Virus record (IMG/VR): IMGVR_UViG_3300044645_002359
Location: 1 to 64,000 of that record
Direction: 5' to 3' (one strand)
Length of the DNA stretch: 64,000 nt
The notes beneath the pieces were generated by a model that was not told the origin of the DNA, made no database searches, and was given only the letters and a program-made list of their open reading frames with translations. The translations under genes were made by a program, and so were the position numbers. This document shows, one piece after another, positions 18,757-27,052 of this stretch (the stretch's first letter is position 1; each line of letters starts with the position of its first letter).

Positions 18757-18987
18757 ATGACACTTACACCCGAACAAATTAGTCTCTTCAATTCTCTCGT
18801 AGAGAGACTCCAGGCTAAAGCTTCCCGGCCACATGCAATTGATTACCGAGGCGATGACTTTTGTGCGATAGATGCAGGAAGCTATGACGATGCTTTCGAT
18901 TGGGGCTGCCAAGTAGGCGAGATTGACTATGCCCGAGAACTATGCAACTTTCTGAAAGTTCCCTACACCGTAGACAAAGAATGGTGA
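18757..18987 (+). CDS. Hypothetical protein
   Basis: Tiled ORF. Confidence 0.65.
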   Translation: MTLTPEQISLFNSLVERLQAKASRPHAIDYRGDDFCAIDAGSYDDAFDWGCQVGEIDYARELCNFLKVPYTVDKEW

Positions 18988-19355
18988 CGCCTCCACTCAT
19001 TTACGTGGCTGCACCTTACAATGACCCTGACCCGGTAATCGTCCAAAGGCGCATGGAAACCGTTACTTACGAGCTTGCTGTATTGGCATCAAAAGGCTCC
19101 GTTGCTTTCTCTCCACTGCTCATGCACTTTTGCTTAAACACGGGCATCGAACTCCCGTCTGACTACAATTTTTGGGAGAATTTCTGCCTGACAATGCTGA
19201 GCAAATCAGACGCACTCGTGGTCTTGACACTTCCAGGATGGGTTGGGTCTTCCGGAGTTCAATCCGAAATTTCCTTTGCCAAGGATATAGACATTCCAAT
19301 TTCTTATCAAACACCAAAGCAAAATGACTACACAAATTCGACAAGCAGTATTTGA
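18981..19355 (+). CDS. DUF1937 / nucleoside deoxyribosyltransferase-like protein
   Basis: IYVAAPY...FSPL...SDALVVL..GW..SSGV..EI..A. Confidence 0.7.
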   Translation: MVTPPLIYVAAPYNDPDPVIVQRRMETVTYELAVLASKGSVAFSPLLMHFCLNTGIELPSDYNFWENFCLTMLSKSDALVVLTLPGWVGSSGVQSEISFAKDIDIPISYQTPKQNDYTNSTSSI

Positions 19356-19785
19356 GACCAATAGCTCAAGCACTCACTCACTCAGTATATCCTCGGGTGA
19401 CTCTACTGATCTACTAAGCACCCTGCCATTGGACGAAGAGGGAAACGTTGTACTCATCGGAGGTGAATTTGGTTGGGAAATTGAAGACTACACTGACGCC
19501 GACATTAAGGCTAATTACGCGGCTATCTATGTTGAATCTTGGGCAGGAGAGAAAAGTGAGGAATACAGGGAAGTTCTAAATTCGGTGATCAAACAGCAAA
19601 CCGGTTGCTTCAGTGTTGTATATGACCTTAACACGTCGTGGGAGGAAGGTAAAGATCCTTCCTACATTGACCACCAGTCTGTAGAAGGAGGTCAGTTAGA
19701 CTACTTGTTTGAAGACCCCGAACTCTTGCGACAGTTTATCTTTAACCCCCGCAGCGTCCTTCACACCGACAATGACAACTACTGA
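19324..19785 (+). CDS. Conserved FETNSSSTHS-motif protein
   Basis: QIRQAVFETNSSSTHSLSI. Confidence 0.75.
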   Translation: MTTQIRQAVFETNSSSTHSLSISSGDSTDLLSTLPLDEEGNVVLIGGEFGWEIEDYTDADIKANYAAIYVESWAGEKSEEYREVLNSVIKQQTGCFSVVYDLNTSWEEGKDPSYIDHQSVEGGQLDYLFEDPELLRQFIFNPRSVLHTDNDNY

Positions 19786-20674
19786 GTCAATTCTTCACAG
19801 TTACAAAAACGGCAACTGCAAAGTTACCTTATGCTCGAATGGGACTAAGATCCGAGAAACCCTTGACAACAACCCCCCGTGGGCGAGACACCCGGAGAGT
19901 ATTGACGTGAAAATTACAAACTTTTGTGATCTAGCGTGCCCCTACTGTCACGAAAATTCCACCCTTGGGGGGAAGCCTGGGGATCTGAACCGTTTGCTTT
20001 CCATACTGAAGCCCTTGCCAGCAGGAGTGGAGCTGGCCATAGGCGGTGGTAACCCGCTTTCCCATCCTGAACTCATTCCGTTTTTAACCGAAGTACGCGA
20101 CAGGGGGTTAGTATCAAATCTAACTGTGAACGAAAGACACTTGAAACCCTACGAGTTTCTTTTGAGTACCCTAAGTAGGAAAGGCTTGGTCAAAGGAATC
20201 GGAGTTTCTGTCACAGGTACAAACTTACCTCTTCTCAAGCAATTTCTAGAAAACAATCCGCACACTGTGTTCCACGTGATCGCAGGGGTTCATTCCCCGG
20301 AAGTCTTGTCGGACCTTAGCGCTCTGGAAAACAGCAAAACTTTGGTCCTAGGGTACAAAACGTTCGGACGAGGGATTCAGTACTATAGCGACAAAACCAA
20401 ACAGTTGCTAACCGAATGGTATCGAACTATACCATCTTTCCTTGGAAAGATCCACTTGTCGTTCGACAATCTAGCCGTTGAACAGCTTAACATTAGGAGA
20501 TTGTTGACAAACGCAGGGTGGTCCAAGTTTTACATGGGTAATGACGGTACATTCACCATGTACATCGACGCTGTCGAAGGCACCTACGCAAAGACTAGCC
20601 GGAGTATTAAACGAACCCTGTTCAAGGAAATGGACTTAATCACCTACTTCCGGAACCTACCGAAGTTTGCCTAG
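19772..20674 (+). CDS. Radical SAM protein
   Basis: CDLACPYCHE; GGGNP. Confidence 0.9.
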   Translation: MTTTESILHSYKNGNCKVTLCSNGTKIRETLDNNPPWARHPESIDVKITNFCDLACPYCHENSTLGGKPGDLNRLLSILKPLPAGVELAIGGGNPLSHPELIPFLTEVRDRGLVSNLTVNERHLKPYEFLLSTLSRKGLVKGIGVSVTGTNLPLLKQFLENNPHTVFHVIAGVHSPEVLSDLSALENSKTLVLGYKTFGRGIQYYSDKTKQLLTEWYRTIPSFLGKIHLSFDNLAVEQLNIRRLLTNAGWSKFYMGNDGTFTMYIDAVEGTYAKTSRSIKRTLFKEMDLITYFRNLPKFA

Positions 20675-20693
20675 TCCGACTTTTATAAAACGA

Positions 20694-20756
20694 CGGTTAA
20701 CCCTCCCGCCCGGTTCGGTTCTCCGGCTTGTTACTGCAACTTAGAAACGCTAAACT
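20694..20756 (+). promoter_or_regulatory. Class I repeated promoter
   Basis: cggttaaccc; TTGTTA-17-TAAACT; ATG 20763. Confidence 0.75.
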
Positions 20757-20762
20757 TATTCC

Positions 20763-21050
20763 ATGAAAGACGAACAACACGCCACTTTAAGCCACGAAAC
20801 AACATCGGAGGAGCGTCCTATTTGCTTCCTTAAAATTGAACTGGCCCCGAAAGATGGCCGCCCTATTTGGGCTAAGGGGTATATTTGGGGTGATACTTCT
20901 GGTTCCTTGGGCACTTTTTGTGTATGGGCCTATTGGGACGGAAATGTTTGGAAAGAAGCTGGAGTAGAGAACTCAAGCCTTAATTCCCGTCACCTGTATG
21001 AATACATGCCCCTTACACTGAACTCTGCTGTCAGAGATATACCAATCTAG
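20763..21050 (+). CDS. Hypothetical protein (leaderless)
   Basis: ATG 6 nt after -10. Confidence 0.65.
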   Translation: MKDEQHATLSHETTSEERPICFLKIELAPKDGRPIWAKGYIWGDTSGSLGTFCVWAYWDGNVWKEAGVENSSLNSRHLYEYMPLTLNSAVRDIPI

Positions 21051-21089
21051 TTTAATTCCGATAACTCTAAACATACCGGATCACAACAA

Positions 21090-21413
21090 ATGAAAAAAGC
21101 CATCTACAAGTTCTACCAAGACCACGGCCGGATGGGTAGCCTCGAAGGAATCTTCGTAGCTGACCCCGAAGAAGTAAAGCGACTGATTAACAGCCAAGAA
21201 GAAATCTACTTTGGCGAAGTCCTTGGAAAGCACAGTGAAATTTTCGGCCCCATTAGCGAAGGCGAAATCACAATGGTATCCGACGATCCCGCGTTTGTAA
21301 AGCTTTTTGAATTCCACGATTTATCTTCTGGGTATTGTCCCTTTGATTATCTCGAAGATGATGACTACGGTGATGATGACTATGAGGGACCCGAAGGCCC
21401 CTGCCCAGCTTGA
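21090..21413 (+). CDS. Conserved phage hypothetical protein
   Basis: GRMGSLEGIFVA...YFGEVLGKHSEI. Confidence 0.7.
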   Translation: MKKAIYKFYQDHGRMGSLEGIFVADPEEVKRLINSQEEIYFGEVLGKHSEIFGPISEGEITMVSDDPAFVKLFEFHDLSSGYCPFDYLEDDDYGDDDYEGPEGPCPA

Positions 21414-21474
21414 ATTAACGGGCACCAAAGTGAATCCCAATGCTCCACCCCTCAAATAAGTACCTAAAATCAAA

Positions 21475-22083
21475 ATGACCAACTTCCCACCCACAATCCC
21501 ACAAATTAAAGCACTTCGTGAAAAAACTGGGGCAGGTATGATCCTTTGTAAGGAAGCACTTATTAACTCCAAAGGCGATGAAGCAGGGGCAATCACTTGG
21601 CTGCGCCAAAAGGGTATTGTCTTAGCTGATGGTAAAATTGGTAGGGCTGCCAAAGAAGGGATCATCTCCAGCTATATCCATACAGGTGGCAAGATCGGTG
21701 TACTCATCGAAGTGAATTGCGAAACTGATTTTGTGGCAAGATCTGGGCCATTCCAAGAGTTCGTTCGCACTTTGGCAATGCAAATCGCAGCTTGCCCCTC
21801 CGTTAATTACATCTCAATTACCGAAATTCCAGAGTCTATTCTTTTGGACGAGACACGGATCGAAATGAGCAAGGAAGATCTTGCAAAGAAACCCGAAGCA
21901 ATGCGTGGCAAAATTGTTGAAGGTAGGGTAGCCAAACGTTTCAAGGAAATGTCTTTGATGGACCAACCATATATCAAAGATGGCACAATGACTATCGAGA
22001 CTTATGTCAAAAACTTCGCTGCTACGGTTGGCGAAAACATCGTTGTGAAGCGATTCGCTCGCTTCGTTCTCGGCAACTCCTGA
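21475..22083 (+). CDS. tsf: Translation elongation factor Ts, short cyanobacterial type
   Basis: IKALREKTGAGM..CKEAL...EVNCETDFVAR...GENIVVKRFARF. Confidence 0.95.
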   Translation: MTNFPPTIPQIKALREKTGAGMILCKEALINSKGDEAGAITWLRQKGIVLADGKIGRAAKEGIISSYIHTGGKIGVLIEVNCETDFVARSGPFQEFVRTLAMQIAACPSVNYISITEIPESILLDETRIEMSKEDLAKKPEAMRGKIVEGRVAKRFKEMSLMDQPYIKDGTMTIETYVKNFAATVGENIVVKRFARFVLGNS

Positions 22084-22183
22084 ACCTGTCACCTGCGAAC
22101 AAATGTGGAGCCCAGCATATCTACCATTGTGGATGAGGCAACCATTGCCCCCCATTAATAAACGCACACAAGCGTCTCAGGTC

Positions 22184-22281
22184 GAAGAAATGGCTCTCAA
22201 GGCCGAAGAGATGGCTAACAAAGCCGAACGCATGGCTCTCAGGGCCGAAGAAATGGCTCTCAGGGCCGAAGAAATGGCTCT
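22184..22281 (+). repeat. About five 21-nt tandem repeats (AEEMALR heptads) in ORF 22103-22330
   Basis: gaagaaatggctctcagggcc units. Confidence 0.85.
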
Positions 22282-22326
22282 AATACTCCTATCATTAGAA
22301 ATTGAATTTGATCAGCGGCGAAAACA

Positions 22327-22539
22327 ATGAATATCAAACTTGCAACTCCCGGGGTCCGGGTAGCTTATATTCCGGGACACGCTTTTGGAGACATGGCCCA
22401 TCCAGACGTTGAACATGGTATTGTATCATCTAGCAATGGCAAATACGTGTTTGTAAGGTTTGACAGAACAGTTTCACGATTCGGGTGGGACGGAGCTACA
22501 TCACAATCTTGCTGCCCTGAGGATTTGGTAATCCTATGA
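22327..22539 (+). CDS. Hypothetical protein
   Basis: Tiled, ATGA overlaps. Confidence 0.65.
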   Translation: MNIKLATPGVRVAYIPGHAFGDMAHPDVEHGIVSSSNGKYVFVRFDRTVSRFGWDGATSQSCCPEDLVIL

Positions 22540-22793
22540 ATAAGCCCTACTTGTTAATTGCCGGAGACTGCTATTACCCCCATGACACTTTAGATTGGGT
22601 AGGTTGTTTCTCAACCTACGAAGAAGCTCGAGAGCAAGTAGAACCCATTACTACACATGATTACTACACTCAAGGGAAAAACAAGGGTGAAATTAAGTCT
22701 ACTCGCACTACTTATGTTGTGAAAGGCGAAGAGTATGGAGCCCGGACTTGTGATTGGTACGAAATTGTTGACTTGAAGCGATGGACACAGTAA
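22536..22793 (+). CDS. Hypothetical protein
   Basis: Tiled ORF. Confidence 0.65.
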   Translation: MNKPYLLIAGDCYYPHDTLDWVGCFSTYEEAREQVEPITTHDYYTQGKNKGEIKSTRTTYVVKGEEYGARTCDWYEIVDLKRWTQ

Positions 22794-22811
22794 ACACCTC
22801 CCTACAAGGAC

Positions 22812-22874
22812 CGGTCACCCGAACCGAACCGGTCGGTTTGCACCCTTGTTTCTGCAGCGCAGAAACGGTTTAAT
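22812..22874 (+). promoter_or_regulatory. Class I repeated promoter
   Basis: cggtcacccg; TTGTTT-17-TTTAAT; GTG 22881. Confidence 0.75.
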
Positions 22875-22937
22875 ATTAGAGTGAAAGACTCCGAAGCCCT
22901 GTTGACACGACTCGTCGAGGGTAAATACTAAGTTCCT

Positions 22938-23417
22938 ATGTACTCAGCAATGACTATTGAAACTGAAGCCATCGATAAAATCGAACTGGTATTCAATCAC
23001 ATTCAAAATGTTCAAAGAAGTTGTTATAAGCTAGGGCTGAAACTTATGAAGCGTGGAGATATTGAACTTGGTCGCAACCTAATTGCCAACGGACAAATCC
23101 ACGACAACTCCAAATTTAAAGGCATTGAGTTTGCCCACCTTTTTCATTCAGACCCTTTGCTTTCTGAAGTCGTCAAGCACCATCAATCTGTGAACCCTCA
23201 TCACCCCGAATACTGGGGTAGCATCCACGATATGCCAAAAGTTTACGTTGCTGAAATGGTGTGCGATTGGTATGCTCGGTCAACTGAGTTCGGTACCGGT
23301 ATTCGAGAGTGGATTGATAGCAAAGCAACACAAAAATTCTCCTTCACTACTGAAGACCAGGTGTACAAAACCATTCAGGAAATGTTGTTCTTACTACTTG
23401 AGCCGAGCTTCAGCTAG
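22938..23417 (+). CDS. DUF5662 / HD-like metal-binding protein
   Basis: IHDNSKF...HHQSVNPHHPEYW...EMVCDWYAR. Confidence 0.75.
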   Translation: MYSAMTIETEAIDKIELVFNHIQNVQRSCYKLGLKLMKRGDIELGRNLIANGQIHDNSKFKGIEFAHLFHSDPLLSEVVKHHQSVNPHHPEYWGSIHDMPKVYVAEMVCDWYARSTEFGTGIREWIDSKATQKFSFTTEDQVYKTIQEMLFLLLEPSFS

Positions 23418-23450
23418 CCTGGGTTATCTCTCTTTCGCACAGCGAAGGCT

Positions 23451-23513
23451 CGGGTAATCGACCGAAGACTTTCGGCTTGCACCCTTGTCTTTGCAACTCA
23501 AAACTACTATACT
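23451..23513 (+). promoter_or_regulatory. Class I repeated promoter (divergent)
   Basis: TTGTCT-17-TATACT; ATG 23520. Confidence 0.7.
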
Positions 23514-23519
23514 ATAAGT

Positions 23520-23759
23520 ATGAATTACAACGAGTTCCTCAAGCGTTTTTGGGATAGTGCCGGAGAGGCGCGGCATAGTTTAAGGGTAGGGCAGCACCTT
23601 ATGAATGAACTTGGCAAGGTGAGCCCCATTGCTTACAGCCGAATTCCCTCAGAGTTAGACCCGTTCTACAACGATCTTCTTCTCCCCAACTTCCTCAAAT
23701 ACCTGAAAGCAAACTGGAACGACCTGACCGATCCACTCAATTCTCCCGAACGCAAATGA
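23520..23759 (+). CDS. Hypothetical protein (leaderless)
   Basis: LRVGQHLMN motif. Confidence 0.7.
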   Translation: MNYNEFLKRFWDSAGEARHSLRVGQHLMNELGKVSPIAYSRIPSELDPFYNDLLLPNFLKYLKANWNDLTDPLNSPERK

Positions 23760-23938
23760 CTCGTGTAGTGCCACTGTCTAACAAAGCTAAGAATCGTTTG
23801 GTCAACACCATGGAAAGTAACCCGGATATCCGCATTGAACAGCGGAAGGGTAATAAGGTGTTTTTCATTTCAGCAAACGGAAAGTACTGTGCCTGGGTCG
23901 ATCTTTCCGGCGACCCTAACTGGGTCATTGTTCTTTAA
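23756..23938 (+). CDS. Hypothetical protein
   Basis: ATGA overlap. Confidence 0.65.
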   Translation: MTRVVPLSNKAKNRLVNTMESNPDIRIEQRKGNKVFFISANGKYCAWVDLSGDPNWVIVL

Positions 23939-24107
23939 CACACCTGTCTTTAACCTTAACGTGACTCAACTAAAGACCGAAGTACCTTCCCAAACCATTA
24001 GCGATCCGATAGCCCTTAGCAACCCTGTTGTTGATAGTGTCCTTATTATAATACTTTTCACCGCTCTCGTTTTCATGTTGAAACTCGCTGTGAAAGTCTC
24101 GAAAGTT

Positions 24108-24170
24108 CGGTAAACCGAACCGATCCGTTCGGTTCTCACCCTTGTTTCTGCAAGGCAGAAACGCTATGAT
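24108..24170 (+). promoter_or_regulatory. Class I repeated promoter
   Basis: cggtaaaccg; TTGTTT-17-TATGAT; ATG 24177. Confidence 0.85.
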
Positions 24171-24176
24171 TATTGT

Positions 24177-24419
24177 ATGAAACACTACCGGCTGTCCGTA
24201 TCGGGTGAAGTGGTTACCAAGATCGTTGGTTTCGACTCACCCGACTCAGAACTTTACATTATCGCCCACGCTCACAATCTTTTGAAGTCGGGTGATTTTT
24301 TCTTCTTGGAGAAGGCAATTCTTGAGGAATGCCGTCCTAAAGATGAATCTGACGTCACTGTCGCAGAGTTTACTTTTAGCCGAGAAGGTTGGACTGCTTT
24401 CTACCCTGCGAGGGTCTAG
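24177..24419 (+). CDS. Hypothetical protein (leaderless)
   Basis: ATG 6 nt after -10. Confidence 0.65.
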   Translation: MKHYRLSVSGEVVTKIVGFDSPDSELYIIAHAHNLLKSGDFFFLEKAILEECRPKDESDVTVAEFTFSREGWTAFYPARV

Positions 24420-24660
24420 GGTCTAAGGGCAAAGCCCTACCATACGGCTCAAAACTGGGTGTAGCTCGGGCAGACGTTGCGGTGGACAAGGGGGCAGTAC
24501 CCTTTAGCTCCACTTTCCCTTTACGGGGCTAATCTAGTTTCGACACCGTGAAAGTGTCACTTGAGTGAAAGCCGCTTGCATAAGCACAAAATAGACGCTA
24601 ACAAAATCGTCAAATTCGAGAGGACTGCCGTAGCCGTTTGAGCTATAGCATTCTGACTCA
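24420..24660 (+). ncRNA. ssrA: Circularly permuted (two-piece) tmRNA, tag (A)NKIVKFERTAVAV
   Basis: T arm and acceptor tagctcca end at 24512, upstream of 5' ggggctaatctagtttcgac at 24525; tag frame 24597-24641. Confidence 0.85.
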
Positions 24661-24664
24661 TTGC

Positions 24665-24683
24665 GGGGGCTTCGGCCCCCCTT
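24665..24683 (+). terminator. GC hairpin with TTCG loop after tmRNA
   Basis: gggggc-ttcg-gccccc-tt. Confidence 0.7.
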
Positions 24684-24701
24684 AAACCAATTAGAAACAA
24701 A

Positions 24702-25094
24702 ATGTTGCAAATTACCTACGAGTCAGAACTAGACTCTGACTACAGGAAAGAACTTGATTCTTGCACAAGCGTTCAAGATTTGAAAGCCTTGATTGACAAG
24801 TACAAGGCAGTCTCCCCCGACTTAAAGGATGTTGTAATTGAGAGCGATGCCGATTACAATGAGTTCAAGAAAGGCTTAGCCGTGGAACGAACTGGGCAAT
24901 ATGCTGGTGACGAATGGTGTGAAAGATTTGGCTCTTTGGCCCTTCCTGTCTACATGCTTTACGCTTCACTTTTAGCCGGAGAGTATGGGGCACCTTGGGG
25001 AGTTGCTTACTTTAGAATGTGCGCGGAAGGGGCTGTCCCAGGTGTAGACCCTGAGCTTGCGAAACAAGAAATTTTCTCATTTCTGCCCAGTTAA
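24702..25094 (+). CDS. Hypothetical protein
   Basis: ORF track. Confidence 0.7.
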   Translation: MLQITYESELDSDYRKELDSCTSVQDLKALIDKYKAVSPDLKDVVIESDADYNEFKKGLAVERTGQYAGDEWCERFGSLALPVYMLYASLLAGEYGAPWGVAYFRMCAEGAVPGVDPELAKQEIFSFLPS

Positions 25095-25099
25095 ACAAA

Positions 25100-25450
25100 A
25101 TGGAAATCAACCCTAAATTATTGACCTCTTCCGGAAAGAAGAAAGTTAAGAAAATCCTAGCAGAGTACAGTCCCCCAAACTATAACAGTCTAAATTGGAG
25201 TGACTTCCAAAGGGGGGAAGATTATTACAAGTTCCAATCTGAGTGGAATACCCACAAGGTCCTCAGGGAAATTTTTGATGGGTCTGGAATTGAAGAGAAT
25301 GATGAATACGAAAGCGGTTTTGAAGACCTTAGTTATAATGAAGGAATAATTTACACGAACATTGCCAACATTATAATCAGTTTAAGAAACCAAATTCAAA
25401 ACACTGAAGAAACCGCCGATGAAGCTATCAGGCGATTGAATAATATCTGA
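25100..25450 (+). CDS. Hypothetical protein
   Basis: Tiled ORF. Confidence 0.65.
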   Translation: MEINPKLLTSSGKKKVKKILAEYSPPNYNSLNWSDFQRGEDYYKFQSEWNTHKVLREIFDGSGIEENDEYESGFEDLSYNEGIIYTNIANIIISLRNQIQNTEETADEAIRRLNNI

Positions 25451-25931
25451 TTGGAAAAATGACGCACTTACTTCTTGAAGGGCCAGACGGACGGTCTTAT
25501 ATTGCTAGGAAAGCAGAGCTTTCAAATGTTCCATGGGCATATGATAGGGAAAGCTGGTTGGTCACAGAATTTAACCACGGTACTAACCCGCCCACAGATT
25601 GGTGGATTGAAGAATCGGTGAACCAATGGGGTAGAAGCCAGACCTATGATAACCTGGACAAGTTTACCATCTTAGCAGCTCACTCAGACTAACCCTTGCA
25701 CCTTTAAAACAAAATGAACATTTACAATCAAGTTGCCTTAGTTGAAGGGCCTGACGGAAGACATTATATCGCAGAATGGCACCCTAACTCTTACTGTATT
25801 ATAGAAAACGAGGGAATTGGGTGGTGGTTGGGACCATTCGAGAAATTTGGATTATTTGATGACAGGGAATGTCCGAAAGGTCCCCTACCTTCTTTGAAGG
25901 GTTACAAGATACTTGCACTTCCCCCGAAGCA

Positions 25932-26639
25932 ATGAAAATCCTATCAAAATTCAAAGATTACTACGACTATGTAGAATACCTGTATAGCCAAGAAGGTGGA
26001 GACCCGGCTAACACTTATGTTCGTAGGGACGTGGAAGGTAGGGACGAGTATAGTTGTGGTTATTTTTCCATTGGTGCGAAAGGGGGAATTCCACCCAAAC
26101 CGTTGCCAAAAGATGGCATATACTGGAAAAGAAACCCAGATGTATTCCCCTGGTCATATAAATGGTGCTCGGTATGTGGTAAGTTGTATCTATTGGTGGC
26201 TGAGGAACCTGGAGTGTGTCTCCCCAAATATAAACTAATTACCGAGGCTCACCCATCCCTGGACTTAGTCTACAGCAGATCCCCTGGAGTTTGGTTCAAA
26301 GAACCGGACATTAAAAAGCTAATTGGAGTACCTAACCCAGCCTGCGTTGAAATATCCAGAAAGCTACAAATTCCTGTCTTCATTTTGGAAGATTCCTACT
26401 ACAAGAACCTTGGGGAACCATTTCATGTGACACTGAATCGAACGGTGCCAAACTTGGGGGAACTGGGGTTTGCGTCTATAATTTCTGCTGAGCAAATGTA
26501 CCAGGAGATTGCAATGTTTTTGACTTCCCTTAGGGATAACCCCGACAGTTTGCCACCAGTTAATATTTCGGACAAGGACCGATTGACACAAAAGGGGTTT
26601 GATTCTAAGATTTCTTTCCGCGGAAAACCACCTAAATAA
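25932..26639 (+). CDS. Conserved phage hypothetical protein
   Basis: MKILSKFKDYYDY...QEIAMFL...DKDRLTQKGFD. Confidence 0.75.
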   Translation: MKILSKFKDYYDYVEYLYSQEGGDPANTYVRRDVEGRDEYSCGYFSIGAKGGIPPKPLPKDGIYWKRNPDVFPWSYKWCSVCGKLYLLVAEEPGVCLPKYKLITEAHPSLDLVYSRSPGVWFKEPDIKKLIGVPNPACVEISRKLQIPVFILEDSYYKNLGEPFHVTLNRTVPNLGELGFASIISAEQMYQEIAMFLTSLRDNPDSLPPVNISDKDRLTQKGFDSKISFRGKPPK

Positions 26640-26667
26640 CCCACCGTAAATTCAACAACAACAACAA

Positions 26668-27042
26668 ATGTATTTCTACGCTATCTCCCGCCGGGACCTT
26701 CCAACGCACCAACAAGCTATTCAGTCGGCCCATGCTCAGCTGGAGTATTGCCGTTTACGGGGAGTTCCTGAGGGCGAGCATCCCTCTTTCGTTTGGTTAA
26801 CGGTGGAGGAGAGGTGGCACCTGATAGATTTACTCTTATCATTAGAGTATCACTCTATACCGGTAGTTAAGTTCCACGACCCAGACTACAAGGGCTATGA
26901 CCCTAGCGCAATCGCTTGTTTGGTTAATGAGGAAAAACGATACTTGTTGTCTCATCTTCCCCTCTGGAAGTGTGAAGCTCCTCGAAAGAAAAGTGGGCTG
27001 TTGAGCTGGTTTATCAGAAGAGGGGTAAGTTTAACTGAGTGA
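26668..27042 (+). CDS. Peptidyl-tRNA hydrolase PTH2-like protein
   Basis: RRDL...QAIQSAHA...F.DPD...SAIA...LPLW. Confidence 0.6.
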   Translation: MYFYAISRRDLPTHQQAIQSAHAQLEYCRLRGVPEGEHPSFVWLTVEERWHLIDLLLSLEYHSIPVVKFHDPDYKGYDPSAIACLVNEEKRYLLSHLPLWKCEAPRKKSGLLSWFIRRGVSLTE

Positions 27043-27052
27043 ATGAGATACA

